Below, in pieces: positions 28,071 to 37,067 of a stretch of DNA of 64,000 nucleotides (within the stretch, counting starts at the first letter, position 1; each line of letters starts with the position of its first letter). The position numbers and the translations under genes are program-made. The stretch is from an uncultured delta proteobacterium (GTDB taxonomy: Bacteria; Desulfobacterota; Binatia; Binatales; Binataceae), in NCBI GenBank assembly GCA_963808235.1, contig CAWEEQ010000004.1, forward strand, positions 3,456,001 through 3,520,000. The letters run 5' to 3'. The notes under the pieces were generated by a model. The model was given only the letters and a program-made list of their open reading frames with translations, was not told where the DNA came from and ran no database searches.

Positions 28071-29108
28071 ATGAATGCCGAATCTGCAAATGAGCGGCAG
28101 CCCGAAGGCTGCACCGGTCACGAATATGATGGAGCAATACCGGTCAAGCTCAGCAAGGAGGAATTGCTCGAACTGTCATCGCTGAGCCCGTTCAGAAGTT
28201 TCTTTCACATCGCGGCCGAATGGCTGCTGATACTGAGTGCGGCTTACCTATGCCGGCGCTTTTGGAACCCGGTCGTTTACCTGGTCGCGGTTGCATTCAT
28301 CGGGGCGCGGCAGCACGCGCTGCTGATCCTGATGCATGACGGCGTCCACTACCGGCTGTTTCGAAATCGACAACTCAACGATTGGACTTCTGAACTAATA
28401 TTGGCGTGGCCGAATCTGATCTCGGCACGAGCGTATCGCAAAAACCATTTCGCGCATCATCGCTACCTGGATACGGCTGAGGATCCCGACTGGATACGCC
28501 ATCAAGGCGATCCCGCCTGGGTGTTCCCGAAGCACTGGGGCAAGGTGGCGACGCTGATGATACGCGACATTTGCGGCGTGGGCGCAATTTTCTATCTCAA
28601 GCTGGCCCGCATGCTGTTATCGAGAGATACCGGAGTCAGCGTTAGATTTCTTGCCGCGCGGTACGGATTTTACGTCGCGTTGATTGTGATCTTCGCGTGG
28701 TTCGGCGCGCTTCATTTGCTGCTCATGTACTGGTTTGTTCCGATGTTCACCTGGCTCATCATGATTTTCCGAATCCGCAGTATCGCCGAGCATTTCGCGA
28801 TCGGAGGCAGGAGCGGCGCATACGCGCACACGAGATCGACGCGCGCATCGATCCTCGAGCACATCTTCGTGGCGCCGAAGAACGTGAACTATCATATCGA
28901 GCATCATTTCTACCCGAGCGTTCCGTTCTACCGGCTCCCGCAACTGCATCGGACGCTGATGGCCAAGTCGGAGTTCAAGGAATCGGTGCACATCACGAAG
29001 AGCTATCTCGGAGTGCTTCGAGAATGCATACGCGGCGCGGAATCGGACTCGTATTGGAGGACCGCATCCGCGGAGTTGGCGGCGCAACCCGATCCGCATT
29101 CGAGCTAG
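28071..29108 (+). CDS. Membrane fatty acid desaturase
   Basis: His boxes HDGVH, HFAHHR and HIEHH, plus SIAEH and transmembrane segments. Confidence 0.92.
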   Translation: MNAESANERQPEGCTGHEYDGAIPVKLSKEELLELSSLSPFRSFFHIAAEWLLILSAAYLCRRFWNPVVYLVAVAFIGARQHALLILMHDGVHYRLFRNRQLNDWTSELILAWPNLISARAYRKNHFAHHRYLDTAEDPDWIRHQGDPAWVFPKHWGKVATLMIRDICGVGAIFYLKLARMLLSRDTGVSVRFLAARYGFYVALIVIFAWFGALHLLLMYWFVPMFTWLIMIFRIRSIAEHFAIGGRSGAYAHTRSTRASILEHIFVAPKNVNYHIEHHFYPSVPFYRLPQLHRTLMAKSEFKESVHITKSYLGVLRECIRGAESDSYWRTASAELAAQPDPHSS

Positions 29109-29130
29109 GGAGAGAGACTTGAAGAACACG

Positions 29131-29161
29131 GCGGCGGCGGACCAGCGCGGTCCGCCGCCGC
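29131..29161 (+). terminator. 13-bp GC hairpin after the desaturase
   Basis: GCGGCGGCGGACC-AGCGC-GGTCCGCCGCCGC; no U tract. Confidence 0.5.
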
Positions 29162-29774
29162 TGAGCGTGAATCTCCTACGAAACGATGGCCTTTAAAGTC
29201 AAGTATCATGTCGATTACTCGTGAACTAGATTCCGCCTTCATTCGACCATTCACTTACAAAGACGAGGTAGCTAACTGGCGTCAGTCGCCCGTCATCATT
29301 CCCTGAGCGTGCGGCGAGGCGGGGTCGCGATCCTGCTCGCGCCTACCTGTCCGCGCCTCCACCTTTCCGCGTATTGTCGGTCTCTTCGTTCTTTGACGTA
29401 GTTGTTGAGCCGCTTCAAGAGTGTCCGGAAAGTCTTCATCTTTCGCCTCCGAAAAAATCAAAGCGATGGATAGACCCATTGCAGCGAAGCTTTCTGTAAT
29501 GCGTAACCAGGGCAAACGTCAAGCGGACTGGCCTGTCTGTCGCTTAAAACCTACGGGATGGCGGATAGGGAGTGCGAAAGTTTTAACGCAGATCGAAGAG
29601 AGTTGGCGCGCTATGAAGCTGCACGTCATCACCTATCAGCTACAACTTTTGCGCCCAACTTATTTCTGCTAGTAGCAGAAATCGAAGAGCGTTTTCGCGG
29701 TGGGCATGAAGCGCGCGATCAGTTATGGATCAAGATCCCAAAATGGAAATCCAGAAGCGACGGAGAACTTTCAA

Positions 29775-30098
29775 ATGAAATATCTAGTATCGGGATCCGA
29801 CGGGCCCGGATTCGCCACGCCCGAGGAGGCACTTAAGCTTCTCGAGAATATTGTGATTCCCAGCCTCGATGCGTTGAACAAGCTCCAGGCCGAGAAGCGG
29901 ATTCTGGCCGGCGGCCTAAAGGTCGGCGAACGCGCGTTCGTTTTCGTAGCGGAAGCGGAATCGAACGAAAAGCTCGACCGGATGCTGCGCGAAATTCCCT
30001 TCTGGGGCCTGATCAGATGGGAGGTAACTCCGCTCGAGGGTTTCGACACCCGCGCCGCAGAAGAGCGCGCAATGACGGCGCGCCTAAAGGGTCGGTGA
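29775..30098 (+). CDS. Muconolactone isomerase-like/DUF3303-type dimeric alpha+beta barrel protein
   Basis: ILAGGL..GERAFVFVAEAESNEKLDRMLREIPFWGLIRWEVTPL. Confidence 0.7.
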   Translation: MKYLVSGSDGPGFATPEEALKLLENIVIPSLDALNKLQAEKRILAGGLKVGERAFVFVAEAESNEKLDRMLREIPFWGLIRWEVTPLEGFDTRAAEERAMTARLKGR

Positions 30099-30264
30099 AT
30101 CCAGATGAGCGAAACCACCGTAGGTTTCGCGCTTCCCGGTTGAATAGAACCCGAATTGACGATCCGAATAGTGAGCTGCCAATTGGGACGAAACCGTAAA
30201 ATAGGTGTATATATAAGTTAAGGTAAGTTAAGCGTTGGGGAGGGCGCGAGCAGGAGAATCCGCC

Positions 30265-30894
30265 TTGAACTTAAGACTTCGCGATCGTTGGCTACATATT
30301 CGCATCCCGCTCGCGCTGACGATCTTGGCTTTCGTCGTATCATCATGCGCGACACAGGAACCAGCGCCAACGCCCGAGCCGACCGTAGTTGCGCCTCCTC
30401 CACCACCTCAACCGACTCGGAAGACTACCTCGAACGGGTCGAAAGGGGTGCGCGCGTCCTACCAGGGAGATGAGGAGGCCGGGCGCAAAACCGCTAACGG
30501 CGAAATTTACGATCCCAACAAGTTGACTGCGGCGTCGCGCACCTTGCCGCTCGGTAGCAAAGTTATCGTGACGAATCCCAGCACCGGGCGTTCGGTACAA
30601 GTGCGGATTAACGATCGCGGCCCATTCGTCGGTGGCAGGAGCCTGGATCTGTCCAAACGTGCGGCAGACGAGATCGGGCTCACGGAAAAGGGAGTCGGGC
30701 GAGTGAAGATCAAACGCGTCCCGAAGTCGGTAGAGCAGGCTGATTCGAAATCGAAGCCGAGCACCGATTCGAAATCGGTGGCGAGCGAATCTTCAAAACC
30801 GCCGACAGTTGAATCTGCAGGCGTCCCCACGGTCTCCACCGTTTCCGGTGTTTCGACATCTGTTTCGGCTCCGCCGTCGGTCGCGAGCCCCTAA
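30265..30894 (+). CDS. rlpA: Septal ring lytic transglycosylase RlpA family lipoprotein
   Basis: Lipobox VSSC, ASYQG...TANGEIYD..LTAASRTLPLGS, VRINDRGPF, LDLSKRAA. Confidence 0.9.
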   Translation: MNLRLRDRWLHIRIPLALTILAFVVSSCATQEPAPTPEPTVVAPPPPPQPTRKTTSNGSKGVRASYQGDEEAGRKTANGEIYDPNKLTAASRTLPLGSKVIVTNPSTGRSVQVRINDRGPFVGGRSLDLSKRAADEIGLTEKGVGRVKIKRVPKSVEQADSKSKPSTDSKSVASESSKPPTVESAGVPTVSTVSGVSTSVSAPPSVASP

Positions 30895-31628
30895 TCCAAT
30901 CCGTTGCGCGCGACGAGGATCGCCCATCCGATGCAGCGGCCGTCGAATTGCAGACTGGATCGCTGGCCTTCGGGATCGGTAAGAATCTTGACGTCGGCCT
31001 GGCCCGGATTCGCGAGCGCCCAGTCGATCGCTGCTTGCCAATGCAAGGAGTGATAGCGGTTCCAATCGTCGACCGAAGCTTCGACAATTCCGCGCGAGAT
31101 GAGACCGCGCGAGCGCATCGCTTCGACCGTCATCCACAATGAGCGGCCGTCGCATTCGCTGTCGCGAGGAATACCTTTGGCCAACGGCAGCTGGGTTGCG
31201 AAGACCTCTCCGATTGCGACTACGCCGCCCGGTTTCGCGCATCGCGTCATCCAATCGAGCGCCGGCTCGAAGCCGCCCAGGGCAAAGGACGCGCCGATAC
31301 ACATCACCACGTCGAAGCTTGCCTGCTCGGGGTGAAATTCCAGCGCGGGTCCTTGCACGATTCGGATGCGCCCGGAGAGACCTTCGGCGGCGGCGAGGTT
31401 GCGCGCCTCGTCCGCGAACACGCGGTTGATCTCGAGACCCGTAATTTGGATGTCAAACTTTTTGGCGAGTCGCCGTAGGAGCCAGCCCTTGCCGCATCCG
31501 ACGTCGAGCACGCGCATACCGTCGCGAAAGCCGCAGTAGGATGCGGCCAGGTCGAGCTTCTCTTCGGAAGTCGGATTCTGAATCGTGTGATAACGCTCGA
31601 TGGTTGCGAAGAATTCAAATCGGTTCAA
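30891..31628 (-). CDS. Class I SAM-dependent methyltransferase (YjhP-like)
   Basis: TTG start with CAGGAG SD; HTIQNPTS, VLDVGCGKG, FDVVMCIGAS. Confidence 0.88.
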   Translation of the reverse strand: MNRFEFFATIERYHTIQNPTSEEKLDLAASYCGFRDGMRVLDVGCGKGWLLRRLAKKFDIQITGLEINRVFADEARNLAAAEGLSGRIRIVQGPALEFHPEQASFDVVMCIGASFALGGFEPALDWMTRCAKPGGVVAIGEVFATQLPLAKGIPRDSECDGRSLWMTVEAMRSRGLISRGIVEASVDDWNRYHSLHWQAAIDWALANPGQADVKILTDPEGQRSSLQFDGRCIGWAILVARNGLD

Positions 31629-31760
31629 TGTATTTCTCCTGTTTGTCTTGAGCGCAGATCTGATCTGCCGCCGAAAGGCCTCGCAACCAAGCGAAGATGA
31701 GACCGCGGCGCATACATCAGCGCCTGACGAAACGCTCAGCCGATCTTCAAATGACGCGAA

Positions 31761-31832
31761 CTAGTTGCAGCAGAGAGACAGCAGGCGCGTTTCGCGGCGT
31801 TCGGGCGCAAGTGGCTTATTCATAGCGATCAT
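31761..31832 (-). CDS. Putative 23-aa leader peptide MIAMNKPLAPERRETRLLSLCCN
   Basis: Strong SD GGGAGG 8 nt before ATG 31832; TAG at 31761; lies 132 nt upstream of the methyltransferase on the same strand. Confidence 0.55.
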   Translation of the reverse strand: MIAMNKPLAPERRETRLLSLCCN

Positions 31833-32035
31833 GAAACGCACCTCCCTGGAGAGAAGTGCCGCGATGCTAGCTCGGAACGTTGGCGCTTACAAATGGCATT
31901 CGACGACAAAGCGGCGTCATCTTTTGTTCTCTGAAGAACTTCGCGAGTCCGAGCCCGGCCTCATGCTGGTTTCGTCGGCGAAGCCGATGCTGATACTGAT
32001 CTGTTCGAAGAGCCAGATATGACAGCGATATCACG

Positions 32036-33901
32036 ATGAAGACCCTTGAGGAGGCGGTCACGGCACAGCACTCGGCCGCGGACGCATCTGACGAAATTCT
32101 CGCGACTTTGCGCCGCTTCTGGGGTTACGAGAGTTTTCGGCCGCTGCAGGCCGACGCGATCCAGGCGGGACTCGAGCGGCGCGACTCACTGGTGGTGATG
32201 CCGACCGGGGGCGGGAAGTCACTTTGCTACCAGGTGCCGCCGGCGGTCGCTCGACGCACCGATATAGTGGTTTCGCCGCTGATCGCGCTAATGAAGGACC
32301 AGGTCGATGCGCTTCGCGCGTGCGGCTATCCCGCGGTCGCGTTGCATAGCGGCATCGATGCGGCGGACATTCGCGATCTCGAGAGCAAGATCGCCGCCGG
32401 AGGTTATCATCTTATCTTCGTCGCGCCGGAGCGGTTGCTGACGCCGCGCTTTTTGGAACTTGCCACGCGGCTCAAGGTCTCCGCCTTCGCGATCGATGAA
32501 GCGCATTGCATCAGCCAGTGGGGGCATGATTTCCGACCGGAATATCGGCAGCTCGCGGAACTGAAGACGCGTTTCAAGGGCGCAAGCATCCACGCATACA
32601 CGGCGACCGCGACCGAGCGCGTGCGGATCGACATCGTCGAGCAGCTCGGGCTCGTCGATCCGGCGGTGCTGGTCGGATCGTTCGATCGGCCGAACCTTCT
32701 CTACCGGGTTCTTCCGAAAGTAGATGTGAGCGCGCAAATCGCCGACGCCCTGCGAAGGCATAAGGGGGAAGCGTCGATCGTTTACAGCATCAGCCGCAAG
32801 GACACCGAGAATATCGCGGGATATCTGGCGCGCGAGGGTTTCCGCGCCGCGCACTATCATGCGGGTATGGAGCCGGACCAGCGCCGGCGCACGCAGGACC
32901 GTTTTGCCGGCGAAGAAATCGACGTGGTGGTGGCGACGGTTGCGTTCGGGATGGGAATCGACCGCAGCGACATCCGATGCGTGATCCATGCGGCGATCCC
33001 GAAATCGGTCGAATCTTACCAGCAGGAGACCGGCCGCGCGGGGCGCGACGGCTTGCCCGCGGAGTGCGTACTTTTCTATTCAGCGGCGGACGTGATGCGC
33101 TGGCAGAATCTGATCGAGCGTAGCGCAGAAGAAGCCGCGACTCCTCCGGAAGTAGCGCAGAGTGGGGTGCAGCTCCTCGAGGAGATTCGCCGCTTCGCTA
33201 CGGTCGTGCGATGCCGGCATAGCGCGCTGTCTGCTTACTTCGGCGAAATTTACCAGGGTGCAAACTGCGGCGCGTGCGACTTCTGCCTGAACGAGGTGGA
33301 GGGAGTCGCCGATTCGACAGTGCTGGCGCAGAAGGTGCTCTCGTGCGTAGCGCGCGTCGAGCAGCGCTTCGGAGTCGAGCATGTTGTGGATGTGGTTATC
33401 GGTGCGAGCAGCGAACGGATGCAGCGATATGGTCACGAAAAGCTTTCCACTTATGGTCTGCTGAAGGACGTTCCGCGCAAGCAGTTGACCAACCTGGTCT
33501 ATCAGCTAATCGACGCAGGATTTCTGGAGCGCACGCCGGGCGAGCGGCCGGTGCTGAAGCTGAACGCGATGTCATGGGAAGTGATGCGCGGCCGACGCGC
33601 CGTCAGTTTAATGCAAGCAAAGAAGCCGCGGGCGTCGAGGACGAAGATCGAAGAGACCTCGTGGCGCGATGTGGACGAAGCGCTCTTCGAGAAGCTGCGG
33701 AATCTGCGCCGAGAAATCGCGGCCGAGCGAGGAATGCCCGCTTACGTGATCCTGCACGACGCGACGCTGCGCGAAATCGCGAGCGTGCGGCCGAAGACGT
33801 TGGACTCGCTGCGACACATCCGCGGAATAGGCGAGAGAAAACTCGCCGACTTTGGCGCTCGCGTGATCGAGTGCATTGGGTCTCAAGACCCGTCGCGTTG
33901 A
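32036..33901 (+). CDS. recQ: ATP-dependent DNA helicase RecQ
   Basis: MPTGGGKSLCYQ, IDEAHCISQWGHDFRPEY, ATVAFGMGID, QETGRAGRDG, Zn-binding Cys, RQC and HRDC domains. Confidence 0.97.
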   Translation: MKTLEEAVTAQHSAADASDEILATLRRFWGYESFRPLQADAIQAGLERRDSLVVMPTGGGKSLCYQVPPAVARRTDIVVSPLIALMKDQVDALRACGYPAVALHSGIDAADIRDLESKIAAGGYHLIFVAPERLLTPRFLELATRLKVSAFAIDEAHCISQWGHDFRPEYRQLAELKTRFKGASIHAYTATATERVRIDIVEQLGLVDPAVLVGSFDRPNLLYRVLPKVDVSAQIADALRRHKGEASIVYSISRKDTENIAGYLAREGFRAAHYHAGMEPDQRRRTQDRFAGEEIDVVVATVAFGMGIDRSDIRCVIHAAIPKSVESYQQETGRAGRDGLPAECVLFYSAADVMRWQNLIERSAEEAATPPEVAQSGVQLLEEIRRFATVVRCRHSALSAYFGEIYQGANCGACDFCLNEVEGVADSTVLAQKVLSCVARVEQRFGVEHVVDVVIGASSERMQRYGHEKLSTYGLLKDVPRKQLTNLVYQLIDAGFLERTPGERPVLKLNAMSWEVMRGRRAVSLMQAKKPRASRTKIEETSWRDVDEALFEKLRNLRREIAAERGMPAYVILHDATLREIASVRPKTLDSLRHIRGIGERKLADFGARVIECIGSQDPSR

Positions 33902-34003
33902 GCGCGACCCCAGACCTTTTCAGCGACATTGTTCCGCATTAGGCTTTTGCGCGGTGGCGACTTGAATGGGCGCTGGGGCGCTCGCGAGAACGCTGAAGGA
34001 GAG

Positions 34004-35398
34004 ATGACTCACATGATGACCGGAGAGCAATACAAGAAATCGCTCAATGACAATCGCGAGACGTATTTCGAAGGCGAGCGGGTGCGCGATATCGTCACGC
34101 ATCCGATACTTGGCAAATGCGTTTCGCGGATCGCGCGCGGCTACGACCAGTTCTACTCGCCGGCAGTCGGCGCGGTGAGTCCGCTGATGGCGATTCCGCG
34201 CTCGGCGCAGGAATTGCGCGATCGGATACCGCTGCTGCACGAGTCCGACATCGTGGCGAACGTTACTTACCAGTCAATCATGACGCTGACGACCGCGGCG
34301 ACCCGAATCGCAGACGCGTTGCCGGACTATGCGGAACGCATTCGCAGGTACGTTGGTGCGGCGCAGCGGAGCGACATTCGGATCGTCGAATGCATCACGG
34401 ATGCAAAGGGCGATCGTAGCCGTCCGCCGGGCAAGCAGGACGATCCTGACGCGTACACGCGCGTAGTCGAGCGGCGCGCCGACGGCGTGGTGATTCGCGG
34501 TGCGAAGCTGCATATCACGGGCGCCTCGATGGCGCATGATCTGATGGTCATCCCGACCAAGGCGATGAAGCCCGGCGAGGAGGCATACGCGATCGGATGC
34601 GCGGTGCCGGTCAACTCACCGGGGGTCAAGATTATCGACACGACTTTTGCGCCGCGGCATCCAGACAGCCGGCAGTTTCCGATCTCGGCGAAAATCCACA
34701 TGCCAGAAGGGTTTGTGATCCTTGACGACGTGTTCGTCCCGAACGAACGAATTTTTCTCGACGGCGCGGTGCAGCAGGCGGCGGTCTTCGCGCATTCGCT
34801 CGGGCTTTGGGAGCGGCTCGGCGGGCTTTCCGCGATGGCGGAGGAGGCCGATCAACTGGTCGGCTTTGCGCAGCTCGTGGCGGAGGCCAACGGGCTGGCG
34901 AAAGAGGGGCATATCAAGGAGAAGATTTCCGAGATGCTCATCCATGCGACGTTGATTCGCGCCGCGCTCGAAGCTGCGATCGCGAACTGCCAGATCACCG
35001 AACAGGGTGCGTTCCCCGACGAGCTCTACACCAATGCGGGCAAGTATCACGGTGCTGCGAACTACAATCTGATGGTGCGGCATCTGCACGACATCTCGGG
35101 CGGCTCGATCCTTACTGCGCCCGGGGTTGCCGACCTCGAGAACGAAGTGACCGGCCCGCTGGTCCGGAAGTACATGGCAACCAGCAACGGAATAGACGGC
35201 GACTATCGCGCACGCTTGTTTCATGCGATCCGCGACTTGACCGCCGACGCGTACGGCGGGTGGAAGGCGGTCACCAACGTGCAGGCCGGCGGCGGGCTTT
35301 ACGCACAGCGGATCGTGACGCGGAGATACTACAACCTCGAAGGCGCCAAGAAGAAGGCGCTGAAGGTGGCGGGACTGAGCGACGAAATCGCCGAATGA
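34004..35398 (+). CDS. 4-hydroxyphenylacetate 3-hydroxylase/4-hydroxybutyryl-CoA dehydratase family flavoprotein
   Basis: MTGEQYKKSLND, ITDAKGDRS, GVVIRGAKLHIT, DDVFVPNERIF. Confidence 0.85.
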   Translation: MTHMMTGEQYKKSLNDNRETYFEGERVRDIVTHPILGKCVSRIARGYDQFYSPAVGAVSPLMAIPRSAQELRDRIPLLHESDIVANVTYQSIMTLTTAATRIADALPDYAERIRRYVGAAQRSDIRIVECITDAKGDRSRPPGKQDDPDAYTRVVERRADGVVIRGAKLHITGASMAHDLMVIPTKAMKPGEEAYAIGCAVPVNSPGVKIIDTTFAPRHPDSRQFPISAKIHMPEGFVILDDVFVPNERIFLDGAVQQAAVFAHSLGLWERLGGLSAMAEEADQLVGFAQLVAEANGLAKEGHIKEKISEMLIHATLIRAALEAAIANCQITEQGAFPDELYTNAGKYHGAANYNLMVRHLHDISGGSILTAPGVADLENEVTGPLVRKYMATSNGIDGDYRARLFHAIRDLTADAYGGWKAVTNVQAGGGLYAQRIVTRRYYNLEGAKKKALKVAGLSDEIAE

Positions 35399-35448
35399 TT
35401 TTTCGGTAGCGTCTTTCGAGTCATCGGATATTCTTTTCGGGCCGGTGG

Positions 35449-36921
35449 TCAGATTCCCGCTTCGGGACCGTAGAACTGCACGTCTTCCCGATAGCCGCCT
35501 TGACCTTCACCCAGCATACGGCAGTCCTCGACGAGTTCGATCGAGCGGATCCATTTCACCATCTTGAAGCCTAGCTGCGTCTCTACCCGCAGGCGGCACG
35601 GAGCTCCGTGCGCGACTTGCAGCGGCGCATCGTTCATCTCGTAGGCCAGAATCGTTTGCGCGTGAGACGCGAGCTCAAGATCGATCACTTCGTAGTATGC
35701 AACGCCTGGCTCGGGCTCCTGCCAGGAACGGAACACGAGGTAGCGCGCGTTCGCAAGCGGGCGGCATCGCGCCAATATGTCCGTCATCGCGACACCAGTC
35801 CATCGCGCAACACCGGACCATCCTTGAATACAATGGTGCAGCGTGATCTGAGACTGCGCCCGCATCGCGCGAAGATCTGCGAGCCCGAGCTGGACTGGAT
35901 TTTCGACCAAGCCTCCGATTTCGAGCCGCCAGTTTTCGAAGTTCGCCGCCGCCATCTGCTGATACGCAGCAGTTTCCGGCGGACGCCCGTTGACCCGGAA
36001 GTATGCAGAAATCGCCGAAGCCGGATACGCCTGGCGCGAGCGTACATGATGAAGGAGGATGCGTCGGACCGGTTCTATCAATATCCCTAAGGCGCGCTGC
36101 ACGAACTTCGGATCGCGCAACGACACCTGGGTCGCCCACACGTGCAAGATCATGACCGCGATGAGTCCGCCGATCCCGATCGCGACAGAAAGCCCTTCCA
36201 GCGCATGCCGCCCGTGGATGATGTAACTCATGTTGGCGGGGAAGTCCTCGACGGCGACCAGGGTGACGTGCACCACGGTGAAGAGACAAATCGCAACCAG
36301 CCCGAGAAAATGGATGCTACGAGCGGACTGGCGTCCGCCAAGTATCTTGATATAGCCAGGAAAGCGCGCTGCGACCGCCGGCGACATCGCGGCGCCCGTC
36401 GCGATCATCAGCGGCGCAATCACGAATACAGTTCCGGCATAGGCGAGCTGTTGAACGGGATTGTAGGGATGCCCCGGCGGTGGCAGATGGAAGTGCGCAT
36501 AGATCGACGCGGTATGAATTGCGGCGGGAACGATGCTCCATGATGTTGGTATCAGCCGGCGCCATCCGCCGATCGCGAACAGCGCGAACACGTAAACGAC
36601 GCCATTGAGCACCCAGAAAATGATCGAACAGAAGTGCCAATGGCGGCCGATCCCGAGATTCATATGGCCCGGCAGCGCTATCCACGATGAGAACGGTTCC
36701 TGCTCGTCGGAGGCGGTCCAGAGCCTGTCCGCTGGCATCACCTTGCGCGTGAACTTGAGCCACTCGCTCCCGACGCGGCAGTCATCGTTCCAGTAGAGTT
36801 TGGGATGTGCGCTTAGAATCTCCAGCCCGCTGCGAATGAGCAGGCTGATGAAGAGAAGATTGATGAAGTGACTGATACCGGCCCAATTGAAAAAGCCGAA
36901 TGCTTGCGCGAAGAATCTCAT
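35449..36921 (-). CDS. Cytochrome b plus molybdopterin-dependent oxidoreductase fusion (sulfite oxidase/MsrP family)
   Basis: TM His residues (SHFIN, RHWHF, RSIHF); HHCIQGWS Mo-Cys; LAYEMN, HGAPCRLRVETQLGFKMVKWI. Confidence 0.88.
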   Translation of the reverse strand: MRFFAQAFGFFNWAGISHFINLLFISLLIRSGLEILSAHPKLYWNDDCRVGSEWLKFTRKVMPADRLWTASDEQEPFSSWIALPGHMNLGIGRHWHFCSIIFWVLNGVVYVFALFAIGGWRRLIPTSWSIVPAAIHTASIYAHFHLPPPGHPYNPVQQLAYAGTVFVIAPLMIATGAAMSPAVAARFPGYIKILGGRQSARSIHFLGLVAICLFTVVHVTLVAVEDFPANMSYIIHGRHALEGLSVAIGIGGLIAVMILHVWATQVSLRDPKFVQRALGILIEPVRRILLHHVRSRQAYPASAISAYFRVNGRPPETAAYQQMAAANFENWRLEIGGLVENPVQLGLADLRAMRAQSQITLHHCIQGWSGVARWTGVAMTDILARCRPLANARYLVFRSWQEPEPGVAYYEVIDLELASHAQTILAYEMNDAPLQVAHGAPCRLRVETQLGFKMVKWIRSIELVEDCRMLGEGQGGYREDVQFYGPEAGI

Positions 36922-37067
36922 GGCCGTCGATTCCGTTTTATGCTTCGCGAGCGAAACCGACAAATTGACGGAACCTGTTAGATGTATTCTGACCAAAGAT
37001 CTCGCGCGTGGTCGCGATGACGATGAAAGGGTAGTACTACTCATGCTCGATTTTCGGGAGAGCTCAA

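Noticed and set aside
29170-29770. Short ORFs in the gap after the desaturase
   Set aside because: No convincing SD, motif or coding-like composition; possibly decayed sequence.
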